A program made the position numbers and the translations under genes. The notes beneath the pieces are model-generated. The model saw only the letters and a program-made list of their open reading frames with translations, searched no databases and was not told the DNA's origin. DNA of 63,668 bases, the filler included, from Lenisia limosa (lineage: Eukaryota > Protista > Breviatea), in assembly GCA_001655205.1 (NCBI GenBank). It is 8 parts of 8 records of this genome, joined end to end, with 100 filler letters (N's around TTAATTAATTAA, not from the genome) between each part and the next. Parts side by side here need not be neighbours in the genome. Positions count along the whole stretch, not along the records: positions 1 to 24,676 come from LPNZ01009280.1; positions 24,777 to 39,283 come from LPNZ01007598.1; 6 more parts are not named here. The stretch is one strand, 5' to 3'. Positions within the stretch are counted from its first letter, which is position 1; each line of letters begins with the position of its first letter. Positions 13,871 to 24,792 of this stretch are shown piece after piece.

Positions 13871-14137
13871 GCAATGGTTAATGACTGAAACGGACCAAAC
13901 TAAAGCAATAGACTCTTTTTATGTTACAATTACGGGGCTCTTGTCCATATTGAACACTTGGCTCAAAGAAGGTGCATCAAAATTCAGTGTCTCATATTCT
14001 TGTAAATGAGTACCTATCACCCTCCCTGCGACACCATTGAAAGAGGGACTCACAAAGTCTATTAAAACGAACCCGTCAACAAACAGCCGAGGACTTAGCC
14101 GGCACCGTTGCGTCTTCTGGCAATCGGAAAGGTGATG

Positions 14138-17100
14138 TCATCGCCGGGGTGATGGTCGGATCGTGATTTTTAGGGGTTCAGACAGCGGAGCAGCCTCGCT
14201 TTCTCGAGGGGGAGGGGGGAGGGAACTGGAAGGTGAGGGATTACCGCTCAAACATCTCTCATGATAGAGCCAACTAAAGCTCAGGTACTTACTTCGGAGT
14301 GGGTAGCACGTGGACAGGAGGCGATGAAACAGTCACATCAATCCGGACTTCACAATCGCCTGTAAGGGTAATTGGCTTACAACAGTCACACACGATATAA
14401 GCACATTTTACTGTCAAACCGGAGAGGGATGGCGACGACAGCTGTAGCACCGTTCTGATCTGAGTCTGCAGGAAGGCTGCCGGGACCTGGGCCATAGCAG
14501 AAACATCGTGGAACACTTCTCGTCCGTCTCCATACTGGGGGGGGGGGGGGGNNNNNNNNNNNNNNNNNNNNNNNNNNNNNNNNNNNNNNNNNNNNNNNNN
14601 NNNNNNNNNNNNNNNNNNNNNNNNNNNNNNNNNNNNNNNNNNNNNNNNNNNNNNNNNNNNNNNNNNNNNNNNNNNNNNNNNNNNNNNNNGGGTTGATCAC
14701 AACAAAACAAAAAAACCCAGGCCAGTCACTTCTGCAGCACCGAATCCCATCACAATGTCCGTATGGGTAGGTGGTGGGGGGGCAAGGGAAACATGTCAGT
14801 AAGGCTGCATCACCCCCCCCCCTACAGAAACTCTGAATCGGATTTTCGATCCTGCAGGCAAACACGTTACTGACGTTTCAACCGGAAGAGCGGGTAAAAC
14901 TGAAGCAATGAGAGGGTACGCTTGTATGCACAAATATTATATACAAAGATGAAAAATAAAACGTATCTGGTCAAAGCCGTNNNNNNNNNNNNNNNNNNNN
15001 NNNNNNNNNNNNNNNNNNNNNNNNNNNNNNNNNNNNNNNNNNNNNNNNNNNNNNNNNNNNNNNNNNNAATAAACCATAATTCATCAAATCATTTCTCTGT
15101 GCGCAAAGCTTTCTGCGCACCTCCACGGCATTCACATACAATTTATGTAATCGTAGTGGTATCATGAAAATCATTCAAAGCCTGACATGCACAACGCCAC
15201 GGATATTAGCCAGTCGTGGATACGAGGTGTGACGCTTATTAACCTAATGAAGTACCCCGAGCCTACTGTTCTGTGCATTGGCTTGGAGCATGGTCTACAG
15301 GGTGAGAAAAGGAGAAAAAGTGAGTCCCCAGAGCATCGGTAAGAAGAACCCGGTGAAATACCCGGACAGCTTCGAGCTAACCATGAAGGGAGCCACCAGA
15401 GTGGCTGTGATGGGGCGACAAGACAAGGAAGGTGGCGGCGGCGGCGGGATTACGTCCCATATGAGCGTCAGAATCTGCNNNNNNNNNNNNNNNNNNNNNN
15501 NNNNNNNNNNNNNNNNNNNNNNNNNNNNNNNNNNNNNNNNNNNNNNNNNNNNNNNNNNNNNNNNNNNNNNNNNNNNNNNNNNNNNNNNNNNNNNNNNNNN
15601 NNNNNNNNNNNNNNNNNNNNNNTTTATTGAAAAGTAAACAAAGACAAACAAGGTTTCTCTTACCCCCCGCCCACCTCCACAGTCAGCTTTTTGGCTGCGG
15701 CGTCCATCAATGTGTCCCTCAGAACCACGAGGCCGTCAGCAAACTCCACAATGTCACTTAGCGTCAGCAGAGACTCCAGGACAGCCCGGTCCATGCCAAA
15801 CGACACCGTGTCCACTGGCGGGCTGTACAGCGTACGAGGCGGGCTTCCAGAGGGGCTGCCTCCAAGGTGCTTCAACGCTCTAAAAAGGTGACTCAGAGAA
15901 GTGTTATAACCATGTCCTATTTCTGTTACTCCGGTTGCACAGTGCCCTCAACGTCCTGTCTGATACACAACAATGCCCGCAACGCACAGGTTCAGCAGAG
16001 AGGCGGCCAGTTGGAGGGGTGACCTGAGAGTCTCGAGCTTCTGCACCGTCTGGGGAATGTCAGCTGCAGAGCAAAAGAGAACCAAAATCCTGATGAAAGG
16101 CTGTGGAATGTTATGTTTTTGTTTATTGTCTGTGCCACAAAAGTCAAAAATCAAAATTAGATGGAATAATACACGGCACACTTATCCATCTAATTGAGAC
16201 CATGAACCTACCCCTGGGGCAGTGACAGCGGAAAGATGACTGATTAGGATGAGAACTGCCTCCATTGAAGCGCTAACTGCCTAAGGGAGGTTAGTTTAGA
16301 AATCACGATCATATTGATCAAGCCCAACTTTGGCCAAAGGCAGGGAGGCTACCCCCCCCCCCCNNNNNNNNNNNNNNNNNNNNNNNNNNNNNNNNNNNNN
16401 NNNNNNNNNNNNNNNNNNNNNNNNNNNNNNNNNNNNNNNNNNNNNNNNNNNNAGAATCGACAATAAGCCCGACACTTCAGCCTGGGGTACCGCTATATCA
16501 TATGAGATGTCAAAATGAAAAGCTGCAGAATACTCAAGCATGGAACAATAAAAGGTTTCTTCCAATTGTCCAAGTACGGCCATTGTCATACCGATACCGA
16601 CTGGCCCAATGCAGTGACAACTCACCATGCAGTCCTCCCGAATGGTTGGTCATGAAGGCGAGGAATGAGCAATAAGCGCCCATCAGTCGACCAGCCCCTG
16701 TCTGTCCCATCGTCACGTGCTTCAGGGACTGCTGAATCTACAAGGTGACAGAAGAACGAAATAGCGCCTGTAGTTAAAACATAAAAAGTGATAAAAAAAT
16801 GTAATTTTTTGGGTGTAGAGTATCCCCAGACCTCAGAGAAGTTACTTGGGGAATTGCCAGATAGTAGGGACTTGAAACTAAACAGTAGGCGATGGAACGA
16901 CGTTGTTAATAAGTTCTTTCCGAGTGCATCGTCATCGTCGCTTTCCCTCTTGTTAAGGGGGGAATTATCAGGGACGTTGGAATCACCATCATCATCAGAG
17001 GAACTAGGGTCACCGTCTGGACCGCCTAATGGTTCAAAAAAAAAATTCAACAAGAGAACCGATTATCTTAACACAGGAGCTCCACTTTCAGAGTTACACA

Positions 17101-20100
17101 AGAGACACACAATACAATAAGTAGGCAAATGGAAGCAAGGAGGGGTATCACCATACCGTTGGGCTTGCTTATCAGAGCAGTTGGGAACTTATCAACCTCT
17201 AAGTCCTCTTCAATGACAGTTACACTGAAGAAGTCGCCACTCGTAAATTCAATTCGAGGGATAAACTAAAACATCAGCTATGGGCAAATGAATATCAAGT
17301 TATAAACAAATCTACAGCAGGGGGTTGATGTCAGGAACCAAATCTACAGCAGGACCAGTTTACATATAATACAAATTAGTATTATATAATATCATATGAT
17401 ATATAATAGTAATAATATGATTATATCACACAAACATAATTAGGTACATATATCGATATGTATAGTATATTTAATAGTAGGTATGTACTATAGATTACAT
17501 AATATATCATATTATGATAATATCAAATATTATATGATATATATAATACCGTATCATATCAAGACCGGTAGGTTACAAGTTCCGTACCTGAGGGAGTCGG
17601 TTCCTGAGATTCTGCAAATGTTTCAACACAAAAGCCGGTAACCGTGCAGCCATATGGTTGGTGTTGATCTTGTCAGATGTCAAGGCGTTGCCAATCACGA
17701 CTTGCACTCCTTGAGCGTCAGTGGGGTATACAAGGAAAAGATTGCCGTTGTACCTTCATTTTGCTTTGCGAAAAAGCACAAATCACATTAGTATGTAAGC
17801 ATATTATGACAAAAAATGTCACAAGTAAAGAGAGTCCAACCAATGTAGAGGGGGTCATCAAGAGGCGGTTCCTTCTCAGGGTTGCGAGGGTCAAAGCTGA
17901 ACTGATCAACAGAAGACTCAAGTGCCCCTTTGCAATCCGAGAAAGACTCGAGATACATGTCCGCGACAACCCCCGTACCCTAGTAAAGACTCAAGGCACA
18001 CATCAAGGTGGGATGCATGCGACGCCCCCAGTGCCTTCAGAGTCGTGTAAGCCTGGACGGTTACTTCTCAACAACACAAATGGATGCAATTCTAACAAAT
18101 AAGCAGATTCTGTCCAATTGTAACAGGTAAGAGCCCACCATTTCCCAGTCCTCGGGATGGCTGCGCAAGGTGTCGAGAATAGCCCGGATTGTGGTGTCGA
18201 ATGCAAGGACCGTGGTGAGCTTCAACACTGCAATCAACGGATAGATGGAGGCTCGGAGCTGGGGGTGTTATATGATAGACGGAGGCTCGGAGCTGGAGGT
18301 GTTATATGAGGAATGAAATTTCAAAAATCTACTAATTAATAATGTGCAGGAGGAAAAAAACTACGAGCAAGAATAGAGTCAGAAGTGAAAATATTGTACG
18401 ATAAATTACTTTCGACAACAATAGCTCCATGAACCACGTCACAGTTGCTAACCTGAATGTTGCGCTCCCTCAAAGTGGATATCAAAGTGGCTAAGTGTTC
18501 GTCAGTTATCACCAATTCAGGTCCCAAGTTGACAAGCGCCAGTGCGGCTGATATTCGGACTTCTTCAGTATCATCTGTCAACATAAATACGACACTGCAA
18601 TGGCCTGTTGGAAATGGTTGGAGGTGCACTATGAAATGATTAATAATAAAAATCTAAATTGTTTTGTTAGACTCTGGTTGTGTTAACTACATACCCATAA
18701 GTAGGTCAACAAGACAATTTCTGGCCTCTTTGCGGATATCAGGAACGCGGCAAGCCCACTCCGATATCGCCATAAGCATGTACTGTCGCACCATGGGGTC
18801 ATCATCTGCGGTGTGAGTAGGCGTACAAAAAGGAGAGATTTTTTGATGAATGCCAATAAATTCTCACTACATTCAATTTGGATAGGTTTTCTAAAATCTA
18901 ACATAGTTTTACTTTATACTGAAAAAGAACACTGGTAGAAATAATAAGTTAACGTTGCTGTTCAAAGCCAAAAGCAGAACACATCATATGTCCATAATCT
19001 CGACTGCCATCCTCTCTTAGACAAAGCTGAGCGCAACACGGCAGACCTTCAAGCCCCAGGATGAAAGCTCCAGAAGCAGCATTGATGGTGGAGTGTGATG
19101 TGACCGGTACCTCGTAGGACCCTTCAAAGTCAAACGAAGAGATCATTTCCTATTGTGTTGCGAAGTGAAGTACACTGTTACCAATCTCATCTCCTGTGAT
19201 CTATTCCCATTTATTTATCTACTCACATAATCACACCCGCTTACCGATGGGTTGGAGGCGACTGTCCTCTGTGCTCCTTTCTGAAATGTCAGAACTACTC
19301 GGATAGCTCATAATTAGATTTGAGCAATTCAGTCTTTTTTCGAACCGAAGTGAAGCCACTCCAATTGTTATGAGAATATTCCAGCCGCTTCCAATTGTGG
19401 ACTTGGAATGTTGGATACTCCCCTCCCCCCGCACCATGAGCAGTGTTCAGCGGTTTGCGATGGATCGCGTAAACAAGCCTGTCAGTCGCCACGTCAGGGA
19501 ACAGTCCCAAGAGGTGCGATGACCTACACTGGTAGAAACCATGTGACTGGGTACAACACAATATCTCAAAAGAAAATCAAGATATCGAGATCTCGAAAAG
19601 AGTTGTTTCTGAGTGTTTCTACATTATTTTTAAATGCTTATTGGCAGAAAAAATGCTACTTATATTCTATCTACAACCAACTCGCAGCCATCATAGGACT
19701 TACTGTTGTCGGGTGGATGGGTTGGGGTCGGGCACCAAAGCACAGATCTAAATATATGATGTTGACTTGAACTGAACTGCCATGCACACATCCGCTCTCA
19801 TAGCATACAATTCTGGGTGACCTCATATTCCCTACCTGTGTGAACGCTTCGTCACTCGCGGTACTTTTGGACCCAACTACCGCATAGGGATCAACCATTG
19901 CAGCAACAAACACCTGCGAGGTGAGGTTACGTTGTCCCTCAGTTTTATTATGATTCAGCTCTTCTTGAACATTGGCCGAGAAATGTGGTCTTATGGGCCA
20001 TTATTACAATCTAATCGTCTTAAACCCCCATAAACCAGGTCCGTAGCGCTTCGACGAACATGAAGATCATCATCATCTAGCATCTTGGTGATGTTGCGAA

Positions 20101-22393
20101 ATACCGTCAAAGGCAGTCTACACAGTCATTGCCCCTCATATCTATGTAATATAGTGTCGCTATTGTCAATAGCATCAGCATTATAACAACCATAACATCT
20201 GCAATATTACTCAATCATCACCAAACCAGGCGGTTTTATGAACAAAATTATATTGTTATCCACCTACCTCAAGCCCCTATTATGGAGGGTGACAAGACTC
20301 CTGACGGCAGCGTTACGGACGGAGGCGAAGGGGTCGGAAGTGGCTATTTGGGCTAGACGCTCTGGGGAATGTCAAGGTAATCCAGATGTAGGCTAGGAAG
20401 ATGACGAAAAGAGAGCCAAGAGATGAACGGTGCAAACACCCTAATAAGACCCATTTTTGCATAGTGGAGAGGTTCATAGAACGCCGTCAGTTTACGCACC
20501 TGCGATTGGCTGGTAGTCTTCAGTGCCGGGTGGAGGCTTCTAATAATGTCAATATGTACCATATCAGAATAAAAAATTAGAGGGCTGCAGATACCAAAGC
20601 GTGAACGGATTCAAATGATGGGGAAAGAGCACATACTGGAGGGGAGATAGAGCCGAGAGCGAACACAGAGGAGGCTCGGACAAAGGGGTCATCTCCGGCG
20701 GCGAAGGCCCGGAGGATGTCACACACCTCAGGCCGGCGGTTGGGCAGCTGTCGTGACTAAAGCGTGATTTAGTGTGTCCGCATATGGAACTCCAGATAGC
20801 TTTGTGCAAGTACGACACTACTATAACAGTATGTGTAGTAACTTCCATCTCCAATACTTTTCGGGCTTTTTGGGGGAGTGACAATCATATCATAGTACTA
20901 TTATATCATAATAGCTATAATATGAAAATATTATATACTTTGTCTTCATTGTATAATTCACTGCAAAAAATGCGTGCCTACTCTGATGACACGCGTCATT
21001 GCTTCGATACACTCCCCAATGAGTCCGCGGTTGAAGTTGTGGCTCTAAAGTGGTCAAAAAACACGGCTTTTCGGACTGAGGCTGTGAAAAACGACTCTAT
21101 TCCTCAGTAGATGCTGTCACAATAAAAGTAGCAATTGTGAAGTAAGAAGTCTTAATGCATGTAGCCATATTTTGTTTACCAAGGTAATTATTATTACATA
21201 GACAGGCCAACTTTAATACACATGGTCACAATATCGATAGCAACGTTGGCATTGACGTTGACTCTACAGCCAAGGAGCCCGATTGCTCTGATCAGCGACG
21301 CCTTCGTGGTAAATAAGGGGAAAAGGAAAAGGAACAACTTTTATTTGTCACCATCGTAAAAGGATATGATATTGATAATAGTCAAACATTAAATCCCCCA
21401 ATCATTTGCTTTCCACGTATTTGCATTTTAGACGTTTCATATTCTCTTTAAACGCCAAACATGTAACTGCAGAAAATATGAAGGGGAGCATCAAGTTGAA
21501 TCCATTAAAATAACATTAGCGCCAACTCTGATATCAGGGTGTGACTCGTTTTCCAGAATTGGACAGATCATCTCAAACAACGCCTGTGCCTCCTGAAATG
21601 TCACAATAATATGTTGCGATGAGAGAAGAGAAACGCCGTCAGTACACACCATCACGCTAATAAGAGATGTTGGATTATAACAAATAATAACTCAGCCAAT
21701 CATTCACAATAATAGATATGATTCATTAATAATGCCACAAGATGCGTTTAGATAAGGTGATAACCATTATTGCTGCAAACCTCATCAGTCGTTTGGTCAA
21801 CATGCATTATCATCCATCGTGAAGTCTGAAGCGATGAAATATATTACGTAATTGTAACGGCACCATAACCTAGTGGACTTGTATGGATCCACTCACCTAT
21901 TAAACAAACAACATAACTAATCAATTTTCATCGTAATAAGGGTTAGAAAGGGAACGAAGAGTACCCACATACTGCAAGTCGACAGGTCCATGAGTCTGAC
22001 AACAGTCCCTCCTGAGCCCTCTCCTAACATCGATCAAAGCAAGCGCGGTATCAAATAAATTTGCAGTTAAAATCATCTGTAGCTCAGTATTTCATCCAAT
22101 TTTATCTGAGTTCCTACCTTGACTGCAGTGCCATTAAGACAATGATTTTGGGATATCTCCTTCAACGGTTCCCCTTCGGGTTTTGGCGATGACTCGTAAA
22201 CTAGCGGTGCAATCGCCTCCTTATAATATAAATCAATAAAGAAGCAAATAGAAAGGCCTACCGGGGGACTAGGCGATTCTGTTTGGGGGATTTCTGCAGT
22301 TCTAAGAATGGTTAGAATATTCTGGCTCCATTATCATTGGTCTTACTCTGTGACAACAGCTGCCAGGCCCTCCCTTGCCCGCTTAAGTGACAT
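14138..22393 (-). CDS. INTS4: Integrator complex subunit 4 (HEAT repeats)
   Basis: Collinear matches to remembered INTS4 motifs: SDPFASVRNAAVRSLVTLHNRGL, ASGAFILGLEDDDPMVR, LVDLLMDDTEEVR, EPPLDDPLYI, LPAFVLKHLQNLRNRLP, and C-terminal EPLKITIRPSPRR* (cf. KPVKVYIMPKPARR). Confidence 0.88.
14690..14755 (-). repeat. Intron-3'-end repeat copy in an INTS4 intron
   Basis: Minus strand GATGGGATTCGGTGCTGCAGAAGTGACTGGCCTGGG..GTTGTGATCAACCC, then an N gap, then a poly-C AG acceptor near 14536. Confidence 0.8.
19324..19358. mobile_element. MITE family A, right-half remnant
   Basis: AATTCAGTCTTTTTTCGAACCGAAGTGAAGCC matches the family terminus. Confidence 0.7.
21645..21705 (+). repeat. Dispersed repeat family C (ACACCATCACGCT..AGATRTTGGATTATA..ATTCACCCAATCATTTGCCTTACAACTCT)
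   Basis: Related copies at ~30545-30595, 44748-44785, 50005-50075 (rev), 55520-55545, 59371-59429 (rev) and 63417-63497. Confidence 0.75.
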
Positions 22394-22839
22394 GGTTCCT
22401 AGAGAACAACCTACCTATTCAATACTAGTTAATCTGTATCCTCCTGGAATATATATTTATAGTTAATTTTTACTCTTCACAGCTTAATTAGCTAATTTAT
22501 TGATCCCAACAAGCCTGCCCAAACACAGAGCTCTGGGTTAATCCGGCCCGTGTTACTACCTGAATAGCTCGGGCCACGGGAAGCCACCCTGAACCCACTC
22601 TCCTTGGCGATGCTTGCGGCAACTCTATGTGTGAGACACCAGTGGGATCAGAGTGACGGGAAGTTAGCTATTTAACAAAAACATATTTATAAAAGAGGAT
22701 TTCCTGGGAATGATTTTTACCAAATAAGCGTATTTAATCCAGTTTCATTGGGTGATGGTGTTAAGTTTTTTTTTGTATTTTATAGAAGTAAAGAACTCAT
22801 AACCATCGGTAAATAAGAAGAGACCGTTCACAAAGGAAA
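22394..22839. promoter_or_regulatory. Putative bidirectional promoter between INTS4 and LIG1
   Basis: Two predicted start codons face away from each other ~450 bp apart; no specific motif identified. Confidence 0.45.
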
Positions 22840-24676
22840 ATGGCGCCAATCAGTAAGAAGCGTGAGTCTCTTCTAACCCCTTTGACTCTGATTATTATAG
22901 CTGTTGGTGGTGCAAAGAAGCAGCCAACATTGATGTAAGCTTTTTGTCTTTCCCCTGATGCGCTAATGATCTATTTCTTTTTATAACTTTTTCTGACATC
23001 ATCTTAGGGCTTTCTTAAAGCGTGGTCCACAAAACAAAGCAGTAAGCAAATGTTGCTTCATGTCTTATCTTCAATTATTACTGAGCAAATGCTTAAATAT
23101 ACATATGTCTGATTCATACCCTTTCCTCTTTGATGATTTAATCGCTCTACCGCTCAGGCTGAATCGCCGAAGAAGCAAGTCAAAACTGAGGAGGAGAAGA
23201 AGAATGAAATTTTAGACGAGAAGAAGGAAGAAAATGTGGAAGAGAAGAAGGAAGAGAAGAAGGTAGTAAAAGAAGAGAAGGCTGGAGAGCAATACAAGAA
23301 GAAACGGAGAATTGTTGAAGAAAGCGACAGTGATGATGATGCCCCATTTGAGAATGAAGAAAATAAAGAAGAAGAGAAGAAAGAGGAAGAGAAGGTAGAT
23401 GGGAAGAAGAAAGAAGAAGAAAAGGTGGTGGAGAAGAAGAAAGAAAAACAACCAGAAAAATCAAAGTTTGAAGTTACCCCAAAAAAGAAATCCTTGAAAA
23501 AAATGCCTGCAAAGAAAGAAACTGTGAAAAAAGAGAAAGTGAAGGTTGAAGAAAAGAAGGAAGAAAAGAAGGAAGTTAAAGAAGAAGCTGAGAAACCAGC
23601 CAAGCCAGCCGTATGTTAACTGGGATTGGTAGCATAGGACTCTTTTCCTCGTTTTTTTTATTTTATAGTCGTGGTTTGGTGTCAAGAAGAAGAAGCGTAA
23701 CTATCCTGACGTGTCATCCTATTCGAAAGTGGAGGGGGTTGCACATGGGACATAATAACAATTCTCATTTACAGGTTAAGACAAAAGGTGTCTGGTATTG
23801 ATACCGTTACTTTTTTTGACCATTCAGCCCGCTTATAAGTTTGATCCTATCAAAGATGCCCCCTGGAAAAAGGGAGACAAGTTGGCTGGTTTCAGAATGT
23901 GATACTTCACATACATACATGTACAGCATTATACGGATGTAAGATATAGAAACCAATGATGTCACATCCAGAGTGCCTTTTGTGGAGTTCTGCAGAGCAT
24001 TGGACGATGTTGAGGCCACAACAAAGCGCCTCATCAAACTCAACATCTTCAGCAACTTCCTCAGGTAGGTGCCAGCATTGTTTTCCAAAGTGCAATTTTT
24101 CTTTCATTATCCGTTGATCACACAGATCTGTCATTGCGCTGAGTCCGGAGCAGCTTGCCGTTTCCTTGCTTATGGCCTCCAACAAGGTGCCCGGGATGGA
24201 TGGCAAGGGGGCTTTGTTAGTTATGAAATACCGGTTCAATTTAGATTTTTGAATAATTATATAGTAAGTGCGGTTCTAAAATATGCAACCTTTGAATTAT
24301 TCGCAGTTACCAAAAACTTGATAGGTGTAACCACCTTAGCTCGGAGCTGAGTATGAGAACTTGGAAATGGGCTTCAGCCACCAGACAGTGCTACAAACCA
24401 TTGCTGAGCACAGCAGTTGGCTGGGGATAGGTCGTGCCCTTCATTGTTGGTTGTATCAACCATCAATGTGATTCACCTTGTTTGTAGTATGTAGAATATT
24501 ACAGGGAGTGCTGTGAGAGAGTCCATGCTGTTTTAAGCCTCAAATGTGAAAAACATAAGAGTGGAGATCTTGGATTCATAAACCCCTCTGCTTGAAGTCC
24601 TTATTCCGTAGACCGCAAATTGGGTGATGTCCGTGACGAGTACAAAGAATGCGGCGACTTGGGGCAAGTTGCTTTT
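22840..24676 (+). CDS. LIG1: DNA ligase 1, 5' part only (PIP box, K/E-rich linker, start of DNA-binding domain), truncated by a spacer
   Basis: Spliced KKQPTLMAFL (PIP-box pattern), a long K/E-rich exon, then FDPIKDAPWKKGDKVPFVEFCRALDDVEATTKRLIKLNILSNFLRSVIALSPEQL and DVRDEYKECGDLGQV. Confidence 0.85.
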
Positions 24677-24776
24677 NNNNNNNNNNNNNNNNNNNNNNNN
24701 NNNNNNNNNNNNNNNNNNNNTTAATTAATTAANNNNNNNNNNNNNNNNNNNNNNNNNNNNNNNNNNNNNNNNNNNN
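24677..24776. other. Assembly spacer (44 N + TTAATTAATTAA + 44 N)
   Basis: Identical 100-bp spacers also at 39284-39383, 44001-44100, 50253-50352, 52149-52248, 58580-58679 and 62059-62158. Confidence 0.95.
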
Positions 24777-24792
24777 GAACTTAACCCCTTAG

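Noticed and set aside
23154-23603. S/F-rich minus-strand ORFs
   Set aside because: Antisense shadows of the K/E-rich LIG1 exon.
24721-24732. TTAATTAATTAA as a biological motif
   Set aside because: It is always centred in exactly 44+44 Ns; this is a six-frame stop linker.
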